64,000 bases of DNA from an uncultured candidate division Zixibacteria bacterium (GCA_963735035.1 CAVTJJ010000004.1:160001-224000), one strand, 5' to 3'; counted from the first letter of the stretch, positions 18,973 through 29,101 are shown. Numbers and translations are program-made. Notes: generated by a model from the letters alone, not told the origin.

Positions 18973-20415
18973 ATGCGAAGGATAGGCGTCATCCTGATCC
19001 TGCTGGCGACGGTTACGTCGGCTGCGGGCAACGAATATCGCTATTCGTTTGGTCTCGGCGGCGGTATGGCGTCGATGTCCGGCGGTAATTTTTTCAGTTT
19101 TGGGACAGCCAATTCGATCAATTTCTCGCTCGGCCATCGCATTTCGCCGAGCTGGCAGCTCGATATCGAGTACGCCGCGTTCAAGTTTTCCAACGGCACG
19201 GGCGGAACGGCAACTGATTCGGTCGGCTCTCTCTACAACAACAGCCCGCTGGATTTCAAGGCCACACGCCTGGGACTTCGGGCGGATCGGAAACTATTCG
19301 CGCCGGAACGATTCCTGAATTTGACTGTGGGCCTGGGCGGCGGTCTGCTGATCTGGAAGGCAGTGAATCCGGATTCCAACATTACCTACAAAGTGCGCGG
19401 CGACAAGAACGAAACGACCGATTTTTCCGCAAGCGAGTTGTATCTTACCGGAGCCGCCGGAATTCTGGTACTACCGTCGCCCCGCATATCGATACAAGTT
19501 CTGGGGCAGGTAAACTATCTCACCGGAGCCGGAGCCGAATTCGCATCCGACGTGAGTAAGATCAGAGACAAGCTCGTATTGGGCGCGACCGCCAAGGTCT
19601 ATTTTCATTTTGGCGCTATGGGCAAGAGCGAGTGGAAGTCGGAGGAAGCCTGGAAAGCCCCGACCGAAAAACCGCCTGATCCGCGACAGCCACGGCGAGA
19701 TAGCGACGGTGACGGAGTCGACGATGTCGCCGATAGCTGTCTCAATACACCGCGCGGTGCCGAAGTCGACGCCAATGGATGCCCCATTGATTCTGACCGT
19801 GATGGTGTCCCGGACGGGCTCGATGACTGCCCGGCAACACCGTTTGAAGCCCGCGAGAAAGTTGACATCCACGGCTGTCCGGTCGATTCCGATTTCGACA
19901 ACGTCCCCGATTACGCCGATAGCTGCCCGTTTGGCTCGGCCGGCGCGCTGGTAGATGACAAGGGGTGTCCGATAGACTCCGACAAAGATGGTGTCCCGGA
20001 CGGACTCGACGACTGTCCGTTCTCACTGCCGGGCGTGGCGGTCGATCGACACGGTTGTATCGATCTGACCATGCTGTCAGTCCCGATGGTATTGAATATC
20101 GATTATTCGCCGGGGTCGTTCGAGGTTGATCCCCACAACCGAACCAGACTCGAAAAACTGGCCGGATTGCTCAATTACGTCGCTGATATCAGGCTGGATA
20201 TCAACGGTTACACCGACGATATAGGAACCGAGGCGGCCAACCGCGCTCTTTCGGAGAAACGGGCCAATCGGGTGAAGGGGATTCTCGTATCTCTGGGGGT
20301 GGACGCCGATCGTATCAAGGCCTTCGGAAAAGGGGAAGCCGACTTTGTGGCCTCGAATCAGACCTCCGAAGGACGGGCCCGGAACCGCCGGATTGAGATC
20401 GTCTTTTACAAATAG
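18973..20415 (+). CDS. OmpA-family protein (beta-barrel, TSP3 Ca-binding repeats, OmpA-C domain)
   Basis: DSD.DGVPD..D.CP repeats; GYTDDIG..ANRALSEKRA; RARNRRIEI. Confidence 0.93.
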   Translation: MRRIGVILILLATVTSAAGNEYRYSFGLGGGMASMSGGNFFSFGTANSINFSLGHRISPSWQLDIEYAAFKFSNGTGGTATDSVGSLYNNSPLDFKATRLGLRADRKLFAPERFLNLTVGLGGGLLIWKAVNPDSNITYKVRGDKNETTDFSASELYLTGAAGILVLPSPRISIQVLGQVNYLTGAGAEFASDVSKIRDKLVLGATAKVYFHFGAMGKSEWKSEEAWKAPTEKPPDPRQPRRDSDGDGVDDVADSCLNTPRGAEVDANGCPIDSDRDGVPDGLDDCPATPFEAREKVDIHGCPVDSDFDNVPDYADSCPFGSAGALVDDKGCPIDSDKDGVPDGLDDCPFSLPGVAVDRHGCIDLTMLSVPMVLNIDYSPGSFEVDPHNRTRLEKLAGLLNYVADIRLDINGYTDDIGTEAANRALSEKRANRVKGILVSLGVDADRIKAFGKGEADFVASNQTSEGRARNRRIEIVFYK

Positions 20416-20433
20416 TTGAGATAGACTGAACGC

Positions 20434-20988
20434 ATGAGTTACAACTACACCAGCGGCGAGCTTGGCCAGACCACGCGACGGAAATACGCCGTGGTAATCT
20501 ATCTGCCGCAACGCATCGAGCGGTATGTGGCGTCGCTGCGAGAGCGTTTTGACCCGGACTACGATATTGTCGCCGCTCATATCACGCTGGTCTTTCCCTG
20601 GGAGACCGCCACACCGCTGGCCGAGCTTTCGGCGATAATTGCCGAGCAGGCGCGCAAGTGCCCGCCGGTGAAAGTGGAGCTTGATTCGGTTGGTGATTTC
20701 TATCCCGGAACGCCGATTATCTACTGGGCGGTCGCAACCGCGGAACCACTTCGCTGTCTGTACCGCCATCTCTACGCCAACCTGGACCTGCCTTTACCAT
20801 TCAAGGATCTCATTCCGCACGTGACCGTGGCCAAGGAGATTTCGCCTCACCGAGTGATGATGGTGAAGGATCAGATTGCGTCGTATATGCCCAAGGAGAC
20901 GTTCGAAGTGCGGGCGATCGACCTGATTTCTCCAGTCGCGGACCACCATTGGGTCTCGGTTCGGACTTTCCCCCTCGTAGGAGCCTGA
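20434..20988 (+). CDS. 2H phosphoesterase (2'-5' RNA ligase superfamily)
   Basis: Two HxT motifs: AHITL and PHVTV. Confidence 0.85.
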   Translation: MSYNYTSGELGQTTRRKYAVVIYLPQRIERYVASLRERFDPDYDIVAAHITLVFPWETATPLAELSAIIAEQARKCPPVKVELDSVGDFYPGTPIIYWAVATAEPLRCLYRHLYANLDLPLPFKDLIPHVTVAKEISPHRVMMVKDQIASYMPKETFEVRAIDLISPVADHHWVSVRTFPLVGA

Positions 20989-21155
20989 GCGACCGGATCC
21001 CCGATCGATCCTGCTGTGGTGGTACTTTTCTGTCCGCCAACGGCTTCCCCGCCTGGGCTCGCTTGGAAATGGCGTTAAACGTTTGAACCAGGTTATCGCT
21101 CTTAATAATAGCTTGCCATTTGCCCCCGAAATGGGTAGACTTAGAGTGCCCTGTT

Positions 21156-22376
21156 ATGAGGATTCTAATTGTCACACAACACTTTCCGCCGGAGCGTGGG
21201 GCGGTCAGACGGCTTTATGAATTTGCGCGGTATTTTGTCCGCCAAGGCAATGAAGTTTCCGTTCTGACGGCAATTCCCAACTATCCGGACGGAATAGTAC
21301 CGCCTAAATACCGCGGCAAGTTCTTCTATCGTGAAGAGTTGGACGGTGTCAAAGTGTATCGAAGCTGGGTGCTTCCCGCCTCAAATCAGTACCCCGGTCG
21401 ACGGATGGTCGGGTTCGTGATTTTCCTCATAACCAGCCTGATCAACTCGTTTCGTATCAATTCGAAGTTCGATATCGTGCTGGCTTCCACACCACCGGTA
21501 AATACGCCGGTGATCGGCTGGCTCATCAGCAAGTTCCGTCGGGCCAAGTTCGTGATTGAGATTCGGGATCTTCAGCCGGAGTCGAGTGAGGATTTCGGAA
21601 ATCTGAATAAGTCGCTGTTCACCCGCTTGTTGAAGAAACTGATGCACGGCCTGTACCGTCGCGCCGACAAGATCGTCGCCGCTACAGACGGTATTGCTGA
21701 ATATATCCGGTTTCTGGGAGTTCCAAGCGAAAAGGTAGCTACGATCAAGTCCGGATTCGGGCATGAGTTCGCTACAGCCGGTCACAATGGCATTCGAAAG
21801 AAGTTTGGCTGGGAAGAGAAATTCCTGGTTCTGTACTCCGGTACTCTCGGTTGGGCGCATTCACTTGAGACTTTGATTGAAGCGGCCCGGCAGTTGACCG
21901 ACCAGCCCGATGTCCTATTCGTCTTTGTCGGCGATGGCGAGAAGCGGGCGACTCTCGAAGGCATGGTGCGCGACTACGGTCTTCGCAATGTTGCCTTCAC
22001 CGGCGCGCAGCCGCTTGAGACTATTCCCTATTTCCTGAAGACATCCGACGTTCTTGTGGAAAGCCTCAGAGAAGTCCCGATTACACAGGGGACTTTCCCG
22101 GCGAAGTTGTTCGAGTACATGGCATCCGGGCGGCCGATTCTTTTCGGAGCGCGTGACGGCGAGGCTATCCGCGAGCTTACTGCTGCCGGCGGGGTGTTGT
22201 CTTTTGCCAGCGATGATGTTGATAAGCTCTGTGATCTGATTCTACAGATTAAGAACAAGACTATCGATGGCGATGCGCTGGGCCTTAGATATCATCAGCA
22301 CGCCGAGCGGTTCCACCGTCGCGAACGCTGGGCCGGCGAGTATCTTTCGTTCCTGACCGCCAAGAAATCCGAATAG
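21156..22376 (+). CDS. Glycosyltransferase family 4 (WbuB-like)
   Basis: MRILIVTQHFPPE, PNYP, YSGTLG, PAKLFEYMASGRP. Confidence 0.92.
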   Translation: MRILIVTQHFPPERGAVRRLYEFARYFVRQGNEVSVLTAIPNYPDGIVPPKYRGKFFYREELDGVKVYRSWVLPASNQYPGRRMVGFVIFLITSLINSFRINSKFDIVLASTPPVNTPVIGWLISKFRRAKFVIEIRDLQPESSEDFGNLNKSLFTRLLKKLMHGLYRRADKIVAATDGIAEYIRFLGVPSEKVATIKSGFGHEFATAGHNGIRKKFGWEEKFLVLYSGTLGWAHSLETLIEAARQLTDQPDVLFVFVGDGEKRATLEGMVRDYGLRNVAFTGAQPLETIPYFLKTSDVLVESLREVPITQGTFPAKLFEYMASGRPILFGARDGEAIRELTAAGGVLSFASDDVDKLCDLILQIKNKTIDGDALGLRYHQHAERFHRRERWAGEYLSFLTAKKSE

Positions 22377-22518
22377 CCTTTCGCTATCTCGATCTGCTGT
22401 ACCGACAACAAGTTATAGCAATCATTCGGGCTCCTTCAATTTGGTTGAATTCTGTCCGGGAATGATCCGATAATAGTGTACAGAAGCCGCCACTATATTC
22501 GGTGAAAGGAATTCCCTT

Positions 22519-23337
22519 ATGAAGTCCCAATCTCGCCATTTCGGACTCAGCGCAATCCTGATGCTTTCCGCTTTGCTGGCAATTCAGTGCGGTGACGACA
22601 AAACTACTAATAATAATCACAGCGTGCCTGTCCCCCATGATACATCAATTGTCCTGGTAGCTAATCACGCCGACGCCGATAATTTTGCGACGCTTCCCGA
22701 CAGCGTGTTTGCCCGGATACGGTCGTCATACAATTTCTATTATGGACATACCTCTCACGGCAGCCAGATCATCACCGGCATCGCGATGCTGGCGAGCGAA
22801 GATTCAGTCTATAATTCCCCGACCTTCTATGAATACGGTGACGACCTCGGCACCGCCGGGGACACTACCTGGGTTCCGCCGACACGCGTCTATCTCAATG
22901 CTCATCCCGAGTGCAACGTGGTCATGTGGTCATGGTGCGGCGGCTGTTCGGGAAATTCAGAGGAAGGCATCAATGCGTATCTTCAGGCGATGTCAGGACT
23001 CGAGACTGCCTATCCGGCCGTGACGTTCATATATATGACAGGTCACCTTGACGGGACCGGCCCGAGCGGCAGCCTGTATCGAAGCAACAACCAGATACGC
23101 GAGTTCTGTCAGACGAACGGAAAAGTCCTGTTCGATTTTGCAGACATCGAAAGCTACTCGCCCGACGGCACTTACTATCCCGACGAGACCGATGCCTGTG
23201 CCTGGTGCGCCGACTGGTGTTCATCGCATACCTGCACAAGCTGTGGTGGCTGCGCCCATTCGCATTGCTTCAACTGCTATCGCAAAGGTCAAGCGTTCTG
23301 GTCGCTAATGGCTGAGCTGTACGCCCGCGACCACTGA
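22519..23337 (+). CDS. Hypothetical lipoprotein, possible SGNH-like fold, Cys/His-rich C-terminus
   Basis: Lipobox-like AIQC; HTSHGSQI, MWSWCG, LFDFADIES; CAWCADWCSSHTCTSCGGCAHSHCFNC. Confidence 0.7.
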   Translation: MKSQSRHFGLSAILMLSALLAIQCGDDKTTNNNHSVPVPHDTSIVLVANHADADNFATLPDSVFARIRSSYNFYYGHTSHGSQIITGIAMLASEDSVYNSPTFYEYGDDLGTAGDTTWVPPTRVYLNAHPECNVVMWSWCGGCSGNSEEGINAYLQAMSGLETAYPAVTFIYMTGHLDGTGPSGSLYRSNNQIREFCQTNGKVLFDFADIESYSPDGTYYPDETDACAWCADWCSSHTCTSCGGCAHSHCFNCYRKGQAFWSLMAELYARDH

Positions 23338-23487
23338 GGGCCGTGGAGTCAGCGGACAAGTAGTCACAACAATTCCCGCCCGGCGTCGATTTTCCACTGA
23401 ACTTTAGGCCCTGGTTTGCGTCTTAACGTGGGTAAGCATATATTTGCTCTACTTTTCTGATTATTAACCAAAGAGAAGGATTTGGTA

Positions 23488-24201
23488 ATGCTGAAGTTTC
23501 GTATGTTTTTGTTCGTGGCTGTTGTGATAGGGGTTGTTTTGGCGGGCACGGTCATGGCGGCCGGTGGAGGGATTGGTATGGGTGGCGTTCATTTCCAGGC
23601 AAGTTTTCCTCAAGGAGATTTCAAGGACAACGTTGATAAGAACGCCTATGGGTTTAATGCTGAATTCATCTATTCCCCAAAGAAGAGCCCGCTGGGCATA
23701 GGCCTGTCGTTCGGCTACGGTATCTATGGTTCGGAAAGCAGGCGCGAGCCGTTCTCGAACACGATTCCCGATGTCACCGTCAAAGTCACCACGACCAACA
23801 ATATCTTGCTCGGGCACCTGGTACTGCGGGTCTTGCCGAAGAGTGGGGATCTGCGGCCTTATGCCGACGGACTCGTGGGCTTCAATTATCTGTTTACCGA
23901 GACCAAAGTATCCGACCGGAGCGACGGCGATGAAGTGGCCAGTTCGACCAATATCGACGACGGCGTCTTCAGCTATGGTGTTGGCGGCGGCCTCCTGGTC
24001 CATCTGGGCACGTCAGGCAAGGACGGTGGCTCAATCATTCTCTGGGATCTTGATCTTGGCGCCCGCTACTTGTTGGGTGGCGAAGCCCAGTACTTGAAAG
24101 AGGGCTCGATCACAATCGACGGGAGCAACGTTAGTTACGATTTCATCAGGTCCAAGACCAATTTGCTTACCGCCCGTATGGGTGTGACCGTGTCATTCTA
24201 A
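23488..24201 (+). CDS. Outer-membrane beta-barrel protein
   Basis: Signal peptide, amphipathic strands, RPYADG motif, C-terminal Phe. Confidence 0.8.
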   Translation: MLKFRMFLFVAVVIGVVLAGTVMAAGGGIGMGGVHFQASFPQGDFKDNVDKNAYGFNAEFIYSPKKSPLGIGLSFGYGIYGSESRREPFSNTIPDVTVKVTTTNNILLGHLVLRVLPKSGDLRPYADGLVGFNYLFTETKVSDRSDGDEVASSTNIDDGVFSYGVGGGLLVHLGTSGKDGGSIILWDLDLGARYLLGGEAQYLKEGSITIDGSNVSYDFIRSKTNLLTARMGVTVSF

Positions 24202-24276
24202 GCAACCCGATTTGGCAAATTACTGCGGCGGTGTCAGGAATCTCCACCTGATGCCGCCCCCGTTCTTGAGATTCAA

Positions 24277-24304
24277 GTGCCCGGCAGATGCCCACATCTG
24301 CCGG
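24277..24304 (+). repeat. Palindromic repeat family A (GTGCCCGGCAGATG-N4-CATCTGCCGG), first copy
   Basis: Other copies and variants at 25639-25667, 27605-27631, 30757-30790, 32284-32311, 32326-32361, 34112-34139, 47995-48021, 48886-48920, 50913-50939. Confidence 0.9.
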
Positions 24305-24585
24305 CTCGTATTGATGCCGCCGAATTGAGATTGCCGCGCTACGATGACCCGCCTTACGTCGGGTCGTCCCCGCCCGCAGTGACGAGGGGAAAGACTTTCT
24401 TCAATATTCACCTCAGGCGGGGTCTTTACTTTCCCTCTGGCGGACTTTCGAAAATCGCTTATATTACCCTTGTTCACCGGACGTGACCGGTGATATCGCG
24501 ACGAGTTCGCACCCCGACTCCCAACAGAATATCACGTGCGCCACGTCGGTGCGCCTGGAAGAAGAAGACCCTTAGGAGGTTTGCC

Positions 24586-24927
24586 ATGCAGACGTTTGTG
24601 CTCATGACTCGAATGGCTCACCAGGACGCCGACATCATGGAAGTCGCCACGAAGCTCAAAAACCGCGCCCAGCACCAGAGCGAATGGCTTCAGAAGATCC
24701 GCGACCATTGCCCGTCGGTGCATTGGGTCGCCCACTACGCGCTTCTAGGTCAGTGGGATTTCATGGACATCTACGAGGCGCCGAACGAAGAAGCGGCGGC
24801 GGTGGTGTCGCTTCTGAGCCGCTCCGACGGCGCGCATCAAGTAGAGAGCTGGACGGCGATTCCGGATGCTCGCCTGATGGAGATCGCCGAGGCGCTCGAA
24901 AAGGGCTGCCCGGACGCCAAGCACTGA
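24586..24927 (+). CDS. GYD-domain family protein
   Basis: AGGAGG RBS; YALLGQWDFMDIYEAP..E.A and ESWTAI motifs. Confidence 0.75.
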   Translation: MQTFVLMTRMAHQDADIMEVATKLKNRAQHQSEWLQKIRDHCPSVHWVAHYALLGQWDFMDIYEAPNEEAAAVVSLLSRSDGAHQVESWTAIPDARLMEIAEALEKGCPDAKH

Positions 24928-25250
24928 GGCGAAGTGAGCGGCACACCCCATGGGTGGGATTTCGTACTGGTGGCCCATTTGGTCGCGGGTGGGGTTCATA
25001 GTATCCCCGGTCTGACCGGCGGATGACAAAGTCACGGCATCGATTGCCGCAAAGAGTGTAATTGTGTACCCGTTCAGTCTATTATATCTTATCTCACATG
25101 AACTTACCGGGCGTTGTGCGTCCCGGGACGATTCCGTTATTCGCAAAGACACCCGAAAAGTTCGGCATCCAGGAACCTCGCTTCTCCGTCGCTGGTTTTA
25201 TGTAGATGAAATCGTAATTACAACTGGTTCTCATACGAAAGGACGAGGTC

Positions 25251-25607
25251 ATGTCTAACCCAATCGTACACTGGGAAATCGGTGCGAGCGACGATTCCAA
25301 GGCGCACAAGTTCTACCAGAACGTTTTCGGGTGGAAGATCGACGCCAAGAATCCGATGAACTACGGCATGGTCGACACCGGCGGTCAGGGGATTAACGGC
25401 GGCATTTTCAAGAACCCGCAGGGAGTCCCCTATTTGACAGTCTATGTTATGGTGGACGATCTGAATGCGTATCTGAAGAAAGTCGAGAAGGCGGGCGGGC
25501 AGACAGCGATGCCGCCGATGGACATTCCGGGCGTGGGCCAGTCGGCGTTCTTCAAGGACCCCGACGGTCTGGTAGTTGGTCTCTTCAAACCGCTCCCGGG
25601 AATGTAG
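25251..25607 (+). CDS. VOC/glyoxalase family protein
   Basis: IVHWEI..FYQNVFGW; YVMVDDL; DIPGVG..FKDPDG. Confidence 0.92.
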   Translation: MSNPIVHWEIGASDDSKAHKFYQNVFGWKIDAKNPMNYGMVDTGGQGINGGIFKNPQGVPYLTVYVMVDDLNAYLKKVEKAGGQTAMPPMDIPGVGQSAFFKDPDGLVVGLFKPLPGM

Positions 25608-25638
25608 GACTTCTTCGGGTACGGAGTACGCGGATAAC

Positions 25639-25839
25639 GTGCCCGGCAGATGCCCACATCTGCCGGGTTTCTTCATGAAGCCTGTTGCGTCAGAGCCTGC
25701 CCTCGACTTGATCGGGGGCTTGCGACCCGCCTTGCGGGGCGTGTGACCTGACGTGAATCTTGATCTGCCAATTTGGAACATCAAGTTGGTAACTGAGAGC
25801 CGATAAGAACCGTAGGGCAGGTCCGTCTTCGAACCTGCC
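25639..25839. repeat. Composite REP cluster (family A, GTCAGGTCACAC module, CCCCCGATCAAGTCG module, GTAG-REP)
   Basis: Modules shared with 34838-34988, 36654-36731 and 54697-54834; GTAGGGCAGG...CCTGCC at 25812. Confidence 0.8.
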
Positions 25840-25900
25840 ACGGCGGTTTCCGCCGTTCAGGTAGTGACGGGTTAGAAGCGGACCAACTTTCGAGACAGAT

Positions 25901-27376
25901 TCAGTTCGCCAAGTCTTTCCGGATCAGGTTTTCGTCAATAGACATTACATAGTATATGCCGTTGATGTTGGAAATCGTATCCCTGATAAACTCGCGCAGC
26001 TGCTCCGGAGTTGGCTTGCTCCCCTTGAGATCGGACACTTCTCTCTGAAGGGCCAGTATGAGAGATTCCTGAGGCGTGCGATAGAGGGCAATTCCCCCGA
26101 AAACATTCCAATGGCGACTCTTGTCGGAACCGTCCTCCATGTTACCTGGCAGCAGGAAGTTTTCGAGCGCGACCGATGACGGCAGAATATTGCGTGGTAT
26201 ACTCTTAACCCAGGCAAAGGGAATCCGAAGAGCCTCATCAAGCATACCCACCGCTGCCTTCTTGCTGCCGTTACAAATCTGCAGTGCTTCCCTAAACAGT
26301 AGGATCATGGGCAGGTTGTGGTTGTCGAGCACGAGATCACTGTGTTTGCGGCTTGTCATGGATACGGCCCTGAGGTAGCGCCGGTCATACTGAGCAAAGA
26401 GAAGCAGCTTCAGAAAGTCGTCCTTCTTTGACTGGCTCTTGTATTTCTGCCATTCTATGCGGTCGACGTAGTTGTCGATTTTGAACAAATCCCTCGGAGA
26501 CGGGAGGGTGTCTAGTCTGACGTCGACTCTCAAATCGGCATGAAGCAAACGTTCCATCGCGCGCAAGATTGAATCGGATGGAAGCGTACCGGCTTCATAG
26601 GCCTGGAATTCGGGCGAAGTGAGCAAATCCCTCAAGTGGTCGCGAAAATACAACGACTTCCTTACGAACTCACTCTGAGCACCGTATCGAAGAGTCTCGG
26701 CATCTTCGACCAGACCGATCAGATTCAGCAGCAGAACGTAGTACTCTTTCTGAGCGAAGAGTTGATTGCAGTTCTGAATGTGCTGGTTTGCGTAGCTCCG
26801 TTCTACTGAGTCGAGTTCTGCCTCTCGCTTTCGGTAGGCCGAAGTGAATCGCATCCCCTCGCTATATACTTCCCATAGTAGGCGGTGTTCGTAGTCTGAA
26901 GAACCGGTGTTGGGATTGAAATTCTCTATAAAATCAAAAGGGGAATCTTGAGATAGGCCATTCTTCAGCACGAAGACCGGGCTTTGGACATATTCGTACT
27001 CCGGCAAGTACTTGAACAACTCTCTCGGTCGAGGAAAGGCTACATGTTCGGAGATTGCGGATTCCTGGGCGGCGTACGGATCGGAACATGAGTATAGACG
27101 GCTCAAGAACGATGTATCTTCGGCGTCAATCATTTGATTGCGGTTGACATCGATTCGCACGAGGGTCAGGTTGTCCGAATTGAATGGATCCTGCAGAATC
27201 CGGCCTAGCACAACGCTGTCGGATTTGTTCCAGGCGTTGTCGCCATTCAGATCGCCGAGCATAATCAATTGCGATCTCAGGTCGATTCGCTCCACAGGAA
27301 GAGTACGATAGATTTCGACAGCTACTAAAGCCAGAAGACACACAACAATGAGGCTGTACTTCAAGGGCTGTTTCAT
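25901..27376 (-). CDS. Hypothetical membrane-anchored protein with N-terminal dockerin/EF-hand pair
   Basis: N-terminal TM; GDLNGDNAWNKSD and DVNRNQMIDAED loops; helical remainder with DKSRHWN motif. Confidence 0.75.
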   Translation of the reverse strand: MKQPLKYSLIVVCLLALVAVEIYRTLPVERIDLRSQLIMLGDLNGDNAWNKSDSVVLGRILQDPFNSDNLTLVRIDVNRNQMIDAEDTSFLSRLYSCSDPYAAQESAISEHVAFPRPRELFKYLPEYEYVQSPVFVLKNGLSQDSPFDFIENFNPNTGSSDYEHRLLWEVYSEGMRFTSAYRKREAELDSVERSYANQHIQNCNQLFAQKEYYVLLLNLIGLVEDAETLRYGAQSEFVRKSLYFRDHLRDLLTSPEFQAYEAGTLPSDSILRAMERLLHADLRVDVRLDTLPSPRDLFKIDNYVDRIEWQKYKSQSKKDDFLKLLLFAQYDRRYLRAVSMTSRKHSDLVLDNHNLPMILLFREALQICNGSKKAAVGMLDEALRIPFAWVKSIPRNILPSSVALENFLLPGNMEDGSDKSRHWNVFGGIALYRTPQESLILALQREVSDLKGSKPTPEQLREFIRDTISNINGIYYVMSIDENLIRKDLAN

Positions 27377-27717
27377 TGCCTGCCCGTTTCTAGATTAGGT
27401 TGGCCCACCTGCTTGCAGGTGGGTTTACATACTTGTCCTTTACGCCCCGCGAACTTGCTCGCCATGATGAAATTATATCTCAGCTCTTAGCTGTTGTCAA
27501 TCTCGGAGTGAATTGTCGAAACCCCGCCACCACGGGCAGGCGTCCGAAGCGGGCTGGTCTCGACCTGCGAGAGTTCTAGTCGACGGGTCGTGTGTATCGC
27601 TCGTCGGCAGATGTGGGCATCTGCCTGGCACGTTTCGAAGGTTCGCGCTATGTCGGGTTCGAAGCGGGCCCGACCTACCAGACTGATAGACATTGTCGAG
27701 ACCACAATAGTCCCACC

Positions 27718-28896
27718 CTACAAGGCCTTCCGCGCTTCCGCCGCGCGCACCTGCTTCGTGACCAATTGCACACTTACGAGCGACATCAAAGCTATCACCG
27801 CCCCGGCCACAAACGGGATCCGATAATCCACCGCCCACAGAAGCCCACCCACCACCGGGAACACCACCGCGCCGACATGATTGATCGTGAACCCGACCGC
27901 CATGCTCGGTGCGACATCTTTCGGGTCACCGATCTTCTGGAAGAATGTCCGTATTGCCACGGCGAAATTGAAAAAGATGTGGTCCGCCATGTACAGCCCC
28001 GCCACCAACCATTTCGAATCCGCGAAGGCGTAACCCATGAAGATGAAAATCGACGTGAAATATTCGAGTGACAACACCCGGCGCTCGTCGAAACGAACAA
28101 TCGCCCAGCCTATCGCGGGACTCAGAAAGTAGTTCACCAGGTTGTTGATCATGAACAGGATCGTGACTTCCTGGACGTCGAACCCGAACTTCTTCACCAT
28201 CAGGAAGACCGAGAACGCCACAAAGATCTGCCGCCTCGACCCCGCCAGGAAAGTCAGCAGGTAGTAGAGCCAGTACTTCCGGCGGAAGATCATCTTGCTA
28301 TGCTGAACCGGGAGATCATCGCGGGTCGGTTTCTGCCATAGACCCCACACGCCTGAGAGCGCAATCACGCCGCCGAGCAGACCGTAGAGCCAGACATACG
28401 GCAGGAACGGCGTCAGTGCGAATATGATCAAGCCTACCGCGATATTCGCCCCGGCGCTGATACCGCGCAGTTTGCCCAGCACAATCGGTGACGTCTTCTG
28501 GTCGAAATACTGCAGGCTGAGCGACTGGTTAGTCGTTTCGAAATAGTGAAAACCGAGACTCATTACGAGGGTCGTGCCGATCAGGCCCATGTACGACGGA
28601 AACAGGCCGGTGATCGCCACTCCGACCCCGAGCGTGAAAACCGACAACGCTGAGATGCGATGCTCCTTCAGAAGCAACATCACGAGCACTACCAGCAGCG
28701 CCAGGAACCCGGGGATTTCACGCGCCGACTGAATCACCCCCATCTGATTGCCGTCGATCCCAACCACGTTGACCGAGAAGTTGTCGAATAGGGTGCGCCA
28801 GGCCTGCAGCCCCATGGTGGAGCTGATAGTCAGCACGAGGAGAAAGCGGTACATCGGGTCGCGGCTGAGGGATTTCGAATCGGACGAAGTGGTCAT
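27718..28896 (-). CDS. MFS transporter
   Basis: About 12 TM segments, REIPGFLA motif; own promoter TTGACG-N17-TACTCT (28920-28948, minus strand). Confidence 0.9.
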   Translation of the reverse strand: MTTSSDSKSLSRDPMYRFLLVLTISSTMGLQAWRTLFDNFSVNVVGIDGNQMGVIQSAREIPGFLALLVVLVMLLLKEHRISALSVFTLGVGVAITGLFPSYMGLIGTTLVMSLGFHYFETTNQSLSLQYFDQKTSPIVLGKLRGISAGANIAVGLIIFALTPFLPYVWLYGLLGGVIALSGVWGLWQKPTRDDLPVQHSKMIFRRKYWLYYLLTFLAGSRRQIFVAFSVFLMVKKFGFDVQEVTILFMINNLVNYFLSPAIGWAIVRFDERRVLSLEYFTSIFIFMGYAFADSKWLVAGLYMADHIFFNFAVAIRTFFQKIGDPKDVAPSMAVGFTINHVGAVVFPVVGGLLWAVDYRIPFVAGAVIALMSLVSVQLVTKQVRAAEARKAL

Positions 28897-28970
28897 GGGC
28901 GGTGCATCAAAAAGGGAGTAGAGTAGTGCGTTCGCGCCGGAACGTCAAGGAAGGTCATTGGGGAATATAA

Positions 28971-29065
28971 GGGGCCGGGTCGCATCCTTGCGAGAAGCCC
29001 CACTGTCGTCCGGCTTCCTTAAGCGGACCCCGGCTTACGAGACAAGAAACGTGGGTGACAACATC
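28971..29065 (-). ncRNA. Candidate structured small RNA or leader
   Basis: Stems GCCGGGGUC/GACCCGGC, GAAGCC/GGCUUC and UCGCA/UGCGA, downstream of a minus-strand TTGACA-N18-TAAAAT promoter. Confidence 0.4.
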
Positions 29066-29071
29066 TGTTGT

Positions 29072-29101
29072 ATTTTAATGGGAGACAGAGGGGTATGTCA
29101 A
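29072..29101 (-). promoter_or_regulatory. Near-consensus sigma70 promoter
   Basis: TTGACA (29096-29101)-N18-TAAAAT (29072-29077) on the minus strand. Confidence 0.6.

Noticed and set aside
23190..23280. c-type cytochrome
   Set aside because: No exact CxxCH motif; the closest is CGGCAH.
29005..29030. SRP RNA-like GGTCCG..AAGGAAGC on the minus strand
   Set aside because: Lacks the GNRA tetraloop and the symmetric loop of SRP helix 8.
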